Assembly (NCBI GenBank): GCA_963730185.1
Contig: CAVSQW010000007.1
Location: 384,001 to 448,000, forward strand
Source of the DNA: an uncultured Gemmatimonadales bacterium
GTDB taxonomy: Bacteria; Gemmatimonadota; Gemmatimonadetes; Gemmatimonadales; GWC2-71-9
Direction of reading: 5' to 3'
Length of the DNA stretch: 64,000 nucleotides
Shown: piece after piece, positions 10,152-22,375 of the stretch
Layout: each line of letters starts with the position of its first letter
Position numbering within the stretch: the first letter of the stretch is position 1
Translations under genes and position numbers: made by a program
Notes under the pieces: generated by a model
Database searches by the model: none
What the model was told of the DNA's origin: nothing
The model's input: the letters and a program-made list of their open reading frames with translations, nothing else

Positions 10152-11141
10152 CTAACGTATCAGCGCGGTGATCGCCTCGTGGACGGCCGTCGCCGGAATT
10201 TCGCGCATGCAGCGGTGATGCCCCAGGGGGCAGCGGGCCGGTCCGTGGGCCGAGCAGGGCCGGCAGCCCAGGTCGGTCCGTTCCACCACGGCGGCCGCCG
10301 GACCGCGGGGGCCGAAGCCCAGCCGGGGGGCCGTGGGTCCGAAGATCACCACCACCGGCGTTCCGACGGCGCTCGCCAGGTGGAGCGGGGCGGAGTCGTT
10401 GGTGACCAGCACGGCGGCCCGCTCGATCAGGGCCGCCGAGACTCGGAGCGAGGCCTGTCCCACCGCGCTCGCCACCCGGTCCGGCGCCGCGTCCACCAGC
10501 CTAGCCGCCAGCGGCGCGTCCTCGGGTCCGCCCACCACCACGATCCGCCCGCCCACCAGCTTCACCAGATCGGGAAACGCCGGCCAGCGCTTGGTGGCCC
10601 ACACCGAGCCCGGCGCCAGCGCCACGAACCCGTCGCCGACGCCCCGGTCGGCCAGCCAGGCGTAGGCCTCGGCCCGATCGTCGTCGGTGAGCCCGAGGCT
10701 CACCTCCGCGACGGTGCCGGGCGCCGGCTCCGCGAGCGCCAGCAACCGCTCGGCCTCGTGGGCGCCGGCCGGGCGGGCGATCCGCCGGGTCTGGAGCCAG
10801 GCTCCGGTGCCGTCCCGGAAGCCGATCCGCTCGGGGATCCCGGCCAGCCGCGCCAGCAAAGCGGTCCGGAGCGAGCGGTGCGGCAGGTAGGCCCGCCGGT
10901 AGCCCCGCCGACGGAGTCGGCGGGCCATGCGCTGGAGCCCGCCCAGGCCCCGATCCCGCCCCCGCTTGTCGAACCCGAAGGCCGCGGCGACCGCGGGATG
11001 GGTCTCGACCAGCGGTACCGCGGCCGGCCGGACCAGGACGTCCACCGGCCCGTGCCGCCGGGCCAGCGCCGTCAGGAGTCCGGTGGAGAGCACCACGTCG
11101 CCAAGGAACGCGGTCTGGATCACCAGCGTGTCGCTCGGCAC
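10152..11141 (-). CDS. waaF: LPS heptosyltransferase II (GT9)
   Basis: IQTAFLGDVV, APGSVWATKRWP, TNDSAPLHLA, CRPC...CPLGHHRCM; GTG start at 11141. Confidence 0.8.
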   Translation of the reverse strand: MPSDTLVIQTAFLGDVVLSTGLLTALARRHGPVDVLVRPAAVPLVETHPAVAAAFGFDKRGRDRGLGGLQRMARRLRRRGYRRAYLPHRSLRTALLARLAGIPERIGFRDGTGAWLQTRRIARPAGAHEAERLLALAEPAPGTVAEVSLGLTDDDRAEAYAWLADRGVGDGFVALAPGSVWATKRWPAFPDLVKLVGGRIVVVGGPEDAPLAARLVDAAPDRVASAVGQASLRVSAALIERAAVLVTNDSAPLHLASAVGTPVVVIFGPTAPRLGFGPRGPAAAVVERTDLGCRPCSAHGPARCPLGHHRCMREIPATAVHEAITALIR

Positions 11142-11152
11142 CGCGGACTCGC

Positions 11153-12955
11153 TCAGTCTCCCACCTGGAGCACGGCCAGAAACGCCTCCTGCGGAATCTC
11201 CACGGCGCCGACCTGCTTCATCCGTTTCTTGCCTTCCTTCTGCTTCTCCAAGAGCTTCCGTTTCCGGGTTACGTCGCCGCCGTAGCACTTGGCCAGCACG
11301 TCCTTCCGGAGGGCGGAGATGGTCTCCCGGGCGATGATCTTGTTGCCGATCGCCGCCTGGACGATCACCTGGAAGAGCTGGCGCGGGATCAGCTCCTTGA
11401 GCTTCTCGGCCACCTTGCGGCCCCACTCGTACGCCTTGTCGCGATGGATGATCACGCTGAAGGCGTCGATCTGCTCGGTGTTGATCAGCATGTCGAGCTT
11501 GACCAGCTCCGACGGCCGGTAGCCGGCCATCTCGTAGTCGAGCGAGGCGTAGCCCCGGGAGAGCGACTTGAGCCGATCGTAGAAGTCGAGCACGATCTCG
11601 CCCAGGGGGAACTCCCACTGGAACTCGACCCGGGCGGGGTCGACGTAGTGCATCCCGAGATACACCCCCCGCCGGTCCTGACCCAGCTTCATGATCCCGC
11701 CGATGTAGTCGGCCGGGGCCAGGATCCGGGCCTTCACGAACGGCTCCTCGATCCGCTGGATGGTGGCGGGGTCGGGCAGGGTGGACGGGTTCTCCACCAG
11801 GGCCGACTCGCCGCTGGTCAGGAAGACGTGATACTCGACCGTCGGCACGGTGGTGATCAGGTCGAGGTCGAACTCCCGCTCGAGGCGTTCCTGGACGATC
11901 TCCATGTGGAGCAGCCCCAGGAACCCGCAGCGAAAGCCGAAGCCCAGGGCGGTGGACGATTCCGGCTCGTACTTGAGGCTGGCGTCGTTGAGCTGGAGCC
12001 GTTCCAGGGCGTCGCGGAGCGACTCGTACTGGTCGGTGGTGGTCGGGTACACGCCCGCGAACACCATCGACTTCACCTCGCGGTAGCCGGGCAGGAGCTC
12101 GGCGACCGGGTGGTCGGCGTCCAGCACGGTGTCACCCACCCGGGCGTCGCGGACCTCCCGGATGCTGGCCACCAGGTACCCGACCTCCCCGGCCAGGAGC
12201 TCCTCGCAGCGGCGCTGGCCGAGCGCCAGGTACCCCACCTCGTCCACCTCGTAGCGGTCCTGCGGGCGGGCGCCGAACCGGATGTTCATCCCCTGACGGA
12301 TGGCGCCGTCCACCACCCGGATGCTGGGGATCGCGCCCCGGTAGCGATCGTAGTACGAGTCGAACACCAGTCCGCGGAGCGGGGCGTCGGGGTTGCCCCG
12401 GGGTGCCGGGACCCGGCTCACGATCGCCTCCAGCAGGTCCGGCACCCCGGTGCCTTCCTTGGCCGAGACGGCCAGGATCTCGTCCTTCCGCACCCCGAGC
12501 AGGTCGCGGAGCTCCTCGGCCCGCTTGTCCGGCTCGGCGCCCGGGAGGTCGATCTTGTTGAGCACCGGGATGATCTCGAGGTTGGCCTCGAGCGCCAGGA
12601 ACAGGTTGCTGAGGGTCTGCGCCTGGGGCCCCTGCGAGGCGTCGACCACCAGGATGGCCCCCTCACACGCCGCCAGCGACCGCGACACCTCGTAGGTGAA
12701 GTCGACGTGGCCCGGGGTGTCGATCAGGTTGAGCTCGTAGGTCTCGCCGTCCCGGGCCTTGTAGGACATCCGGACGGCGTTGAGCTTGATCGTGATCCCC
12801 CGCTCCCGCTCCAGGTCCATGGTGTCGAGGACCTGTTCCCGCATCCGCCGCTTCTCCAGCGTACCGGTCGCCTCGATCAGGCGATCGGCCAGCGTGGATT
12901 TGCCGTGGTCGATGTGGGCGACGATGCAGAAATTCCGGATTCGTGACTGCGCCAT
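11153..12955 (-). CDS. lepA: Elongation factor 4
   Basis: [52 protein letters not shown]. Confidence 0.98.
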   Translation of the reverse strand: MAQSRIRNFCIVAHIDHGKSTLADRLIEATGTLEKRRMREQVLDTMDLERERGITIKLNAVRMSYKARDGETYELNLIDTPGHVDFTYEVSRSLAACEGAILVVDASQGPQAQTLSNLFLALEANLEIIPVLNKIDLPGAEPDKRAEELRDLLGVRKDEILAVSAKEGTGVPDLLEAIVSRVPAPRGNPDAPLRGLVFDSYYDRYRGAIPSIRVVDGAIRQGMNIRFGARPQDRYEVDEVGYLALGQRRCEELLAGEVGYLVASIREVRDARVGDTVLDADHPVAELLPGYREVKSMVFAGVYPTTTDQYESLRDALERLQLNDASLKYEPESSTALGFGFRCGFLGLLHMEIVQERLEREFDLDLITTVPTVEYHVFLTSGESALVENPSTLPDPATIQRIEEPFVKARILAPADYIGGIMKLGQDRRGVYLGMHYVDPARVEFQWEFPLGEIVLDFYDRLKSLSRGYASLDYEMAGYRPSELVKLDMLINTEQIDAFSVIIHRDKAYEWGRKVAEKLKELIPRQLFQVIVQAAIGNKIIARETISALRKDVLAKCYGGDVTRKRKLLEKQKEGKKRMKQVGAVEIPQEAFLAVLQVGD

Positions 12956-13004
12956 GGCACGAATATAGTCGGGCGAGACTGGCGCCCCCCAATAGATTAC
13001 GGCG

Positions 13005-13946
13005 ATGCCCGCCCCCCGTTCCGGCCTGTCCCGTTATGACGCGGGCATGCTGCTCGTGTGCCTCATCTGGGGTGCCAACTTCAGCGCCATCAAGTACGCT
13101 CTGGAGTCCATACCGCCCCTGGTCTTCGCGGCGCTCCGGTTCATCCTGGCGAGCGTGGTGTTTCTGGTGCTGGTCCGGCTGCGGGAGGGGCCCCTTCTTC
13201 GGACCCGGACCGGCAGCATCCGGGGGCTGATTCTCCTCGGCCTGATCGGCAATACCTTCTACCAGGCCGGTTTCATGATCGGCCTCGACGAGACCACCGC
13301 GACCAAGAGTGCGCTGATTCTGGCGGCGATGCCGGTCATGGTCGCCGTGATCGCGACCGTTTTCGGGGTCGAGCGGCTGAGTGGCCGGCTCTGGGCCGGG
13401 ATGGCCCTGGCGCTGGTCGGCGTCGTCGTGGTGATCGGGACCAGGAGCGGCACGGCCACGGCCGGCGGCAGCCTGATCGGCGACCTGCTGATGCTCCTTG
13501 CCTGCCTCTGCTGGTCGGTCTACACCGTCGGGCTCAGGAGGGTCGGGAGCGGGATGAGCTCGCTCCGGGTCACGGCCGTGACCACGGTCGCCGGGACGCC
13601 GGGGCTCGTCCTCCTGGCCCTGCCCCAGTTCCGCGAAGTGAGCTGGGGATCGCTCGACGCCGGCACCTGGTTCGGCGTGTTCTACTCGGGGCTCCTCGCC
13701 ATCGTCGTGGCCTATACCCTCTGGAGCGTGTCCGTTCGGGTGGTGGGGAGTAGCCGGACCGCCGTCTACAACGCCGTGATCCCGGTGGTGGCGGCCCTGG
13801 TGGCGTGGGTGGTGCTCGGCGAGCAGCCGACGGCGGCGCAGGCCGGGGGGGCCGCGCTGGTGATCACCGGGGTGCTGCTGAGTCAGAGTCGCCGGGGCCA
13901 GCCGAGGGGCGTGCCGCGGCCTGCCGGGGCGCCCAGCGCCGACTGA
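13005..13946 (+). CDS. EamA/DMT family transporter
   Basis: About ten TM segments, IWGANF, two EamA repeats, LGEQ motif. Confidence 0.9.
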   Translation: MPAPRSGLSRYDAGMLLVCLIWGANFSAIKYALESIPPLVFAALRFILASVVFLVLVRLREGPLLRTRTGSIRGLILLGLIGNTFYQAGFMIGLDETTATKSALILAAMPVMVAVIATVFGVERLSGRLWAGMALALVGVVVVIGTRSGTATAGGSLIGDLLMLLACLCWSVYTVGLRRVGSGMSSLRVTAVTTVAGTPGLVLLALPQFREVSWGSLDAGTWFGVFYSGLLAIVVAYTLWSVSVRVVGSSRTAVYNAVIPVVAALVAWVVLGEQPTAAQAGGAALVITGVLLSQSRRGQPRGVPRPAGAPSAD

Positions 13947-13955
13947 CCGCCCCGG

Positions 13956-14321
13956 CTAGGCTGGGGGCTGGGCCCGGCGTGCCTCCTGAAGTCGGGCGAA
14001 GGCCCGGCGGAGATGGGGGATCACGATCGAGCCGCCGACCACCAGCCCGATGGCGAAGGTCTCCTGGATCTCGGCGTCGCTGGCGCCCTCCTCGACGGAC
14101 CGTACCACATGGTAGGTGATGCAGTCGTCGCAGCGGAGCACCAGCGACGCCACCAGGCCGAGCAGCTCCTTGCTGCGGACGTCGAGCGCGCCGGCTTCGT
14201 AGGCGCGGGTGTCGAGATTGAAAAACCGATTGATGGTGAGGTTGCCGGCGCCCAGGATGGTCTCGTTCATCTCCGAACGGAACGCCTGGAAGTCGGCCAG
14301 CGAGTCGTGCGTATGGGCCAT
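13956..14321 (-). CDS. Carboxymuconolactone decarboxylase / AhpD-family protein
   Basis: GALDVRSKELLGLVASLVLRCDDCITYH (CxxC). Confidence 0.88.
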   Translation of the reverse strand: MAHTHDSLADFQAFRSEMNETILGAGNLTINRFFNLDTRAYEAGALDVRSKELLGLVASLVLRCDDCITYHVVRSVEEGASDAEIQETFAIGLVVGGSIVIPHLRRAFARLQEARRAQPPA

Positions 14322-14391
14322 GGGCCCCAAGCGTAAGGGGCTCGTCGCCGGGAGGCAACGAGCCCCGCCAGTCGCCTCCGCCCCGGCGGGG

Positions 14392-14652
14392 CTAGGTGCC
14401 GTCGGCGACCTCGAGAACCAGATCCCGCCCCTGGGGCGGGCGGTGGGGCGGCTTGGGAGGGGGCTTCCGCCGCTTGAGAATCGGGTCACCGGTCGGCTTG
14501 GGGTCGGCTGGCCTCTTCGGCGGCTTGGGTGGCTTCTTGGGATCCTGTCGGTGGCTCACCGCTGGCGCCTCGTGATCGCTCGGCCCGGCCGGCGGTACGG
14601 CGCCGGCCGAAATCGCGACCATCAAGGCCAATGTGAGCCGTGGTACCATCAT
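14392..14652 (-). CDS. Small exported Pro/Lys-rich hypothetical protein
   Basis: GGAGG RBS, hydrophobic signal-like N-terminus, PKKPPKPPK tract, hairpin downstream at 14337-14366. Confidence 0.5.
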   Translation of the reverse strand: MMVPRLTLALMVAISAGAVPPAGPSDHEAPAVSHRQDPKKPPKPPKRPADPKPTGDPILKRRKPPPKPPHRPPQGRDLVLEVADGT

Positions 14653-14841
14653 CGTCCAACCTCCGTACCGGGAGGGTATAGCAGAGGCTGTGCCGCCCCG
14701 GGCTCGACAGGCAAGTCCTTGTCACACTGGACGGTAGCGTCTCGTGGCTCGATTTGCTTGGGGGCCCAGTCCGTCCTCGGAAGAGGACAGTGGTACAGTC
14801 ACGTTGACTCCCCCAGGGCAGTGCCGTACGTTGCGCCCCCT

Positions 14842-15747
14842 ATGGCGGCCCACCGTCTCGACCTGCTCGATCCGATGGAAGTGGCCCGGCTCGGGGGCGT
14901 CGAGGTGCTCACCGAGGGGATCGTCGAAGGCTTCCTCACCGGTCTTCACCGCTCGCCCCGCCGCGGCTTCTCCGTCGAATTCGCCGAGCATCGGATGTAT
15001 CAGCCCGGCGACGAGCTCCGCTACGTCGATTGGAAGGTCCTGGCCCGGAACGACCGGCTCTTCGTGAAGCAATTCGAGGAAGAGACCAATCTCCGCGCCA
15101 TGATCGTCGTCGACGTCAGTCGCTCGATGGCCTGGTCGGGCGACCCCAGCCGCCGGCTGAGCAAGCTCGAGTACGTCAAGCGGCTGGTCGCGGCAATGTC
15201 GCTGGTGCTCCTCCGACAGCGCGACGCCACCGGGCTCATCACCTTCGACGACTCGGTCCGCTCGGTCACCCCGCCGCGGGCCCGGCTGGGACACTGGCGG
15301 CACCTGCTGGCGGTGCTGCACGACACCGAGGCCGGCAAGGCCACCGCCGCGGAGCCGGCCCTCCGGCGGGTGATGGATCAGCTCCGCCGCCGCGGTCTGG
15401 TGGTTTTCGTGTCCGACCTGCTGCTCGACCGGGAGCTTGCCCTCAAGGCGCTCCGGTTTCTCCGGCATCGCGGGCACCAGGTGCTGGTGCTCCACGTGAT
15501 GGACCCCGCAGAGATCGCCCTGTCGGGTCCGGCCGAGGCTCGGTTCGAAGACCCCGAGACCGGTGAAGCCGTGACCCTCAGGCCGGCCGACTGGGCCGGG
15601 GTCTACACCCGGACGGTCGAGGGCGTGGTGCTCGACTGGCGGCTCGCCTGCCGGCGCCACGGTATCGCCTACGAGCGGATCACGACCGACACCCCGTTCG
15701 GCGTGGCGCTCCGTCAGGCGTTGGTCCGCTCGACCCACGTCGCCTGA
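14842..15747 (+). CDS. DUF58 (vWA-like) protein
   Basis: GLHRSPRRGFSVEFAEHRMYQPGDELRYVDWK, DVSRSM. Confidence 0.92.
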   Translation: MAAHRLDLLDPMEVARLGGVEVLTEGIVEGFLTGLHRSPRRGFSVEFAEHRMYQPGDELRYVDWKVLARNDRLFVKQFEEETNLRAMIVVDVSRSMAWSGDPSRRLSKLEYVKRLVAAMSLVLLRQRDATGLITFDDSVRSVTPPRARLGHWRHLLAVLHDTEAGKATAAEPALRRVMDQLRRRGLVVFVSDLLLDRELALKALRFLRHRGHQVLVLHVMDPAEIALSGPAEARFEDPETGEAVTLRPADWAGVYTRTVEGVVLDWRLACRRHGIAYERITTDTPFGVALRQALVRSTHVA

Positions 15748-17529
15748 TGAGCTTTGCGGCCCCCTGGGCCCTGGCGGGCCTCGTGTTCGCGGCCGTGCCG
15801 CTCATCCTCCATCTGCTGGCCCGTCGGGAGCCGCCGACGGTGGTGTTCCCGGCTACCCGGTACCTGGCCCAGGCCACCCGCCAGCACCAACGCCGGCTCC
15901 AGCTCCAGCACCTCCTGCTCCTGCTCCTCCGAACTCTCCTGATCCTGGCGATCGTCCTGGCCGCCGCCGGGCCGAGCTGGCCGGCCGCGTCGGTTGGGAG
16001 CCACGGGCCGAGCGCCCTGGTGGTGGTGGTGGACAACTCGCTCTCGAGCGGCGCGGTCCGGGCGGGCGTGCCGGTGCTCGATGGCCTCAGGACCGCCGCT
16101 CGAGCGGCGCTGGCGCGGGCCACGCCCGACGATCGGGTCTGGTTGGTGACCGCCGACGGCATCGTCCGTGCCGGCTCGCCCGGGGAGCTGGCCCGGCTGG
16201 TGGCCGGGCTCGCCCCGATGCCGGTCCGCCTCGACCTCGGGCAGGCGGTGGCCTCGGCCCGCCGGGTGCTGGACGGCGCCGACCGGCCCGGCGAAGCGCT
16301 GGTCGTCACCGATCTCCAGCGGAGCGCGCTGGGGCAGGGGCGGGCGCCCGCCGCTTTGGCGGTCCTCCGTCCCGAGGGCGATCCGGTTGCCAACGCCGGG
16401 CTGGCCAGGGTGAGCGCGGGCTCGCAGCCGTGGGCCTCGGACGGCGGCGTCGTCGGGGTGGTGGTGTCCGGCGTGGGCGACGGGCCCCGGCCGGTGTCGG
16501 TCGGGTTCGTGGGGCGGCCGGCCAAGCAGATCCTGGTGCCGGTTGGCGGCCAGGGCACCGTGCGGGTGACGGCCCCCGAACCGGGCTGGTGGACGCTGGA
16601 AGCCGCGCTCGATGCCGACGAGCTCCGGGCCGACGATCGCCGGCTGGCCCTGGTCCGGGTGGCCCCGCCGGCCCGGGTGGCCTGGCGCCCGGGACGACCG
16701 CTACCTGGCCACAGCCGCGCTGGTGCTGGCCCAGAACGGGCGGATCCAGCCCGGCGACGCCGTCACCCTGGGCACCCTCGGCCGGGGCGCCTCGATCGTG
16801 GAGCCACCCGCCGATCCGGCGGCGGTTGGCGCCTTGAACCGGGCGCTCGCCTCCCGGGGGTCGCGCTGGCGCTTCGGCGACCTCGACCTGACCCCCGCCA
16901 CCACCGACAGCGGCGCCTGGCTGGCCCGGGAGCGGGTAACCCGGCGCTACCGGCTGACCTATGCCGGCGGCGCCCCGACCGACGTGCTGGGCACCGCCGG
17001 CGGCACGCCCTGGCTGGTCCGGGCCGGCACCGTGGTGCTGATCGGGAGCCGACTCGAGCCGGAGTGGACCGGGCTGCCGCTCGCGGCGGAATTCGTCCCC
17101 TTCGTCGACGCCCTGGTCAACCGGGCCGCCCGAGGTGAAGTGATCACCCTGGCCGCCGCCCCGGGCGAGCGGACCCTGGTGCCCGACCGGGTGACCGAGG
17201 TGCTCCTGGGTGAGCGGCGGTGGCCGGTGGAAGGCGGCGCCGGATTCCGCCCGACGGAGCTGGGGGTCCACTTTCTCGTGGCCGACGGCGACACGATCGG
17301 CGGAATCGCGGTGAACCCCGATTCTCGGGAGACCGACCTGACCCGGGCCAGTGCGAGCGAGGTCCGGGCGCTCTGGCCCCAGGCCCGGCTCGGGATCCTG
17401 TCGGACGCCCCGCGGCTGGTGTTTGCCGCTGGCGCCCGGAGCGACCTCCGTGGCCCGCTGCTCTGGCTGGTCGGCGGTTTGCTGCTGGCCGAGGCCGCGA
17501 TGGCCAGCCGCCGGCGGCGCGCCTCCTGA
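15747..17529 (+). CDS. BatA N-terminal + vWA domain membrane protein; +1 frameshift near 16690
   Basis: MSFAAPW...PLILHLL, VVDNSLSS MIDAS-like, C-terminal TM; two ORFs join if one G is removed from cccggg. Confidence 0.8.
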
Positions 17530-20500
17530 TGCTCCAGCCGGTTCTCGACGCCTTCGCCCGGACCCGGTTCGCCCGGGAGCTGGTCGACCGGCTGCCCGCG
17601 CCCGGTGCCTCGGTCCGCCTGGGCGGTCTGGCCGGCTCGAGCCAGGCCGTGCTCGCGGCCTGGCTGGCCGAGCTCGAGCCGACCCGGCCGGTGGTGATCG
17701 TCGCCACGACCCCGGCCGACGCCGAGCGGTGGCTGGCCGACCTCTCCCACCTGACGGAACTCCCGACCGCGCTCTACCCCCAGCGCGAGGCGCTCGGCGA
17801 AGAGGAACCGCACCTGGAGATCGCGGGGGAGCGGGCCGAGACCCTGGAAGCCCTGCTGGGTGGCCGGCTCCGGATCCTGGTCACCACCGCCCGTGCCACG
17901 GCGGAGCGTACCACCCTGCCGGGCGCCCTGGCGGCCCACCGGTTCGAGTTGACCCGGGGCGCCAGCCTCCCGCCCCGCGAGGTGGCGGAACGACTCGAGA
18001 CCATGGGATTCGAGCGGGTTGCCACGGTCACCGAGGTCGGCCAGTTCAGCGTTCGCGGGGGCATCATCGATCTTTACGGGTTCGGGATGCCGGCCCCGGC
18101 CCGCTGCGAATGGTGGGGCGACGAGCTCGAGACGCTCCGGGCCTTCGATCTCACCACCCAGCGGAGCGGCGACGAGCTCCCCGCGGTGACCGTGCTGCCG
18201 GTCCGGACACCGCCGCCGGAGGGATCGGGCGGTCCCGGCGTCCGCACCTCGCTCCTCGAGCTGATCCCGTTGGGCGCCCTGACGCTGGTGGAGTCGCCGA
18301 CCGCCAACGCCGAGGAGGTGGGGCGCGCCTGGCGGGAGGCCGAGCATCACCTCGACATCGCCCGGCGGCTGGGCGAAGAGGTGCCCCGGCGCGACGACCT
18401 GTTCGTCGATCCCGGAACGTGGCAGGGGCTGTCCGAACGGTTGGCGCGACTCTCGACCGCGGAGGCGGAGGTCGATCTCCAGGCCGGCTTCCTGCCGCCG
18501 GAGCGGGTGGACCGCGATCTCCGCCGGCTCCGGGCGCTGTTGGACGGCGGGCTCCCGACCCTGATTCTCTGCGACAACGAAGGCCAGCTCGAGCGGCTGA
18601 GCGAGCTCCTCGAGGAGCAGGGCCGACCGTCCTCGGCCACGCTGGCGGTCGGCGCCCTGGACGGCGGCTTCGTCATGCCGTCACTCCGGGTCCATACCGA
18701 TCACGAAATCTTCCGGCGGGCGCGGCGGCTCCGGCGGGCGCGCCGCTATCGTCAGGCCGCGCCGACGATGGCCATCGGGGCGCTCTCCAACGGCGACTAC
18801 GTGGTGCACCTCGATCACGGGATCGGGATCTATCGCGGAATCGCCGCGATCGAGATCGAGGGGGGCGTGCTCGAGGTCGCGGTGATCGAGTACGAGGGGG
18901 GCGACCGGCTCCATGTGCCCCTCTACCGGCTCGACCAGATCGAGCGGTACCGCTCGGCCGGCGGCGACACCGATCAGCCGCCGCCCCGGATCCATCGGCT
19001 GGGCGGCACCAGCTGGAAGAAGGCCCGCGAGAAGACCCGGGAGGCGATTCAGGAGATGGCGGCCGAGCTGCTCGACCTCTACGCCCGGCGGCAGGTGTCG
19101 GCGGGGTTCGCCTGCCCGCCCGACACCAAGTGGCAGCGCGAGCTGGAGTCGAGCTTCCTCTACGAGGACACCCCCGATCAGCGGAAGGCCACGGAGGACG
19201 TGAAGCACGATCTCGAGCGGCCGATCCCCATGGACCGGCTGCTGGTCGGCGACGTCGGGTACGGCAAGACCGAGATCGCGGTCCGGGCCGCCTTCAAGGC
19301 GGTCCAGGCCGGCAAGCAGGTGGCGGTGCTGGTGCCTACCACGATCCTGGCCGAGCAGCATGGACGGACCTTCACGGAGCGGTTCGCCGACTTCCCGGTC
19401 CGAATCGAGGTGCTGTCGCGATTTCGCACCGCCAAGGAGCAGAAGGCGGTGCTGGCCGAGCTGACCGAGGGCGCCGTCGACATCGTGATCGGCACCCACC
19501 GGCTGCTCTCGAAGGACGTGACCTTCAAGGATCTCGGCCTCCTGATCATCGACGAGGAGCACCGGTTCGGCGTGCGCCACAAGGAGCGGCTCAAGACCCT
19601 CCGGTTGGCGGTACACGTCCTGACCCTCACCGCCACGCCGATTCCCCGGACCCTCCACATGTCGCTGGCGGGGCTCCGCGATCTCACCCTGATCGAGACC
19701 GCGCCGCGCGACCGCTCGCCGGTGCTGACCTTCGTGGAGCCGTGGGACGACGGGCTCCTGGACGAGGCGTTCGCGCGGGAGCTGGACCGGGGGGGCCAGG
19801 TGTTCGTGGTCCATAACCGGATCGAGACGATCGAGACGATCGCCGCCCGGGTGAGCGCGCTGGCGCCCCGGGCCCGGGTGGCGGTGGCTCACGGTCAGAT
19901 GGCGGCCGACGCCCTCGACGAGGTGATGCGCCGGTTCGTGTCCGGGCGAGGTCGACATCCTGGTCTCGACGATGATCGTGGAGTCGGGATTGGACGTCCC
20001 CAACGCCAACACCATGGTGGTGAACGACGCCCACCGGTTCGGCCTGGCTCAGCTCTACCAGCTGCGGGGCCGGGTGGGCCGGAGTCATCGACGGGCCTAC
20101 TGCTACCTGATCACGCCCGACCTGATCGCCCTCGACGCGGAGGACCGGCTCCGGGTGCTGGAGCACCACACCGAGCTCGGGGCCGGGTACCGGATCGCGC
20201 TCAAGGACCTGGAGATTCGAGGGGCCGGCAACCTGCTGGGGCGGGAGCAGTCCGGGCATGCCCAGGCCGTCGGGTTCGATCTCTATCTCCGCTGGCTGGA
20301 GGAGACGGTCACGGCGCTCAAAGGCGGGGCCGGGATCGTGGAGGCGCCGGCGCCGCCCGACGTGGTATTCGACCGGGCCGCCCAGCTTCCGGATACCTAC
20401 GTGGACGACGACGACATCAAGTTGGACATCTACCGGCGACTGGCGCGGGCGGCTCGACCAGGTGAAATTGATGAGCTGCGCCAGGAGTTGCGGGAGCGGT

Positions 20501-20805
20501 TCGGGCCCCTGCCGCCGGAGGCCGAGAACCTGCTCAATCTCACCCGGCTCCGGGTCATCGGGGCAGCCCTTGGGATTCAACACATCCTGGTGCGGGGCGA
20601 CGAGGCGCGGGTGAGCTTCCGCGCCGGCACGGCCCCGCGCCTGGCTCGACTCACGGCCGCGCTGGACAACGTCCAGCTAGCGGCCGATGTACGGCGTACC
20701 GTCCCGTTGTCGCTCCGCTTGGTCCGCCTCGGCGGCGAGGAGATCGTCCCCGCCCTGGTGCGGGCCCTCCGGGCGGTCGACGGCGAGCAGTCTCGCGGGG
20801 TCTGA
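17529..20805 (+). CDS. mfd: Transcription-repair coupling factor; +1 frameshift near 19945
   Basis: GDYVVHLDHGIG, GDVGYGKTE, DEEHRFG, TATPIPRT, QLRGRVGRS, DLEIRGAGNLLG. Confidence 0.95.
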
Positions 20806-20887
20806 CCCGCGCCCGCCGGCGACCGGTCCGTTCGCCGAGGGCCCTGCAACCCATCGGACCCGGCAGTCATCATTCGTGAGGAACGTT

Positions 20888-22343
20888 ATGCGTCGCTGGA
20901 CTTTCGGAGTGCTCTCCCTCGCTGTCGCGCTCGCCGCGTGTGACAAGTTCGCCGCTCGGTCGGACGTCGCCGCCGAGGTGGGCGACCACCAGCTCAAGGC
21001 CGAGCGCGTGGCCGAGATCCTCCGGCGCTCCGGCGGCGGACCGACGATGCAGGCCGCGGAGTTCGTGTCGAACCTCTGGTTCGACTACTCGCTCTTCGCC
21101 GACGCGGTGGCCAGGGGCGCGATCAAGACCGACTCGGCCACCGTGGCGAAGGTCATGTGGCCGGACATCTCCCAGGCGCGGGTCCAGCTCTGGCACGACT
21201 CGACCCTGGCCCGGCTGGCGACCATCTCACCCGACGGCCCCGACAGCGCCTACAACGACGGCACGGCCCGGGTCTTCCAGCACATCATCGCCGTCCCGGG
21301 CGGCACCACCGCGGCCGACACCGCCGCGGCCCAGCGCACGATCCAGCAGGCGCTCGCCAAGATCAAGGCCGGGGCGGACTTCGGAAAGCTGGCGGCCGAG
21401 GTGAGCGCCGACGGCAGCAAGAACGACCAGGGGTATCTCCCGGTCGGGCCCAAGGGGCAGTTCGTCCCGGCCTTCGAGGACGCCGCCTGGAAGCTCGCGC
21501 CGGGCCAGGTGAGCGACGTGATCAAGAGCCAGTTCGGGTACCACATCATCCGCCGCCCCACGCTCGGCCGAAGCCCGGACGCGGTTCGAGAAGTACCTCC
21601 GCGAGGAAGCCGCCAAGCAGAACGATTCGGCCTACGTGAAGCAGCTCACCAATCAGGCCGGGATGGAGGTGGCCGGGGGCGCCGCGTCGGCGATGCGGTC
21701 CGCCGCCTTCGATCCGGACGGATCGCGGAAGTCGTCCCGGACCCTGGTCTCGCTCAAGGGCGGCGACCTGACCGTGGGCGAGTTCGTCCGGTGGCTCGGC
21801 ATGTTCCCGCTCAACATCCGGCTCCAGATCCGGAACGCCAACGACAGCCTGCTCACCGAGTACCTGAAGAACCTCGCCAGCAACGTACTGCTGCTCCGCC
21901 AGGCCGATTCGGCCAACTTCCACCTGTCGGACGCGCAGTGGCAGTTCATCATGCTCAAGTATGGCAACTCGGTGTCGACCCTGAAGCGCGATCTCGGCCT
22001 CGACGTGCCGGAGCTGAGCGACTCGTCGAAGCTGAGCCAGGCGCAGAAGGCCACCTTGGCCAACCAGAAGGTGGAGGACTACTTCACCCGGCTGATCGAG
22101 GGTCGGGCGCCGCTCCAGATGGTGCTCCCCTCGCTGGCCGCCTGGCTTCGGGGCACCGAGGCCGGACACGTGAACCAGGCCGGCATCTCCCGCGCGGTCG
22201 AGCTGGCGTCGGCGGAGTACCGCCGCGATTCCGCCGCCGCGGCGGCGCGGGGCGGGGCCACGGCCCGGCCGGCCCCCGGGATGCAGCCGGCGCCGGGTGG
22301 GCCGCCCATCGGCGGTGGCGACAGCGGCTCGACCTCCAAGTAA
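20888..22343 (+). CDS. Parvulin-type peptidyl-prolyl isomerase lipoprotein; +1 frameshift near 21566
   Basis: Lipobox LAAC, FVPAFEDAAWKL...SQFGYHII; continues in the 21636-22343 frame. Confidence 0.8.
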
Positions 22344-22375
22344 GGAGCGTCGCCGGAAGGGAAGCGAAGGTGCGG

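Noticed and set aside
19940..19975. Programmed frameshift or pseudogene in mfd
   Set aside because: No slippery heptamer, both halves intact, and the same +1 pattern occurs in five other genes
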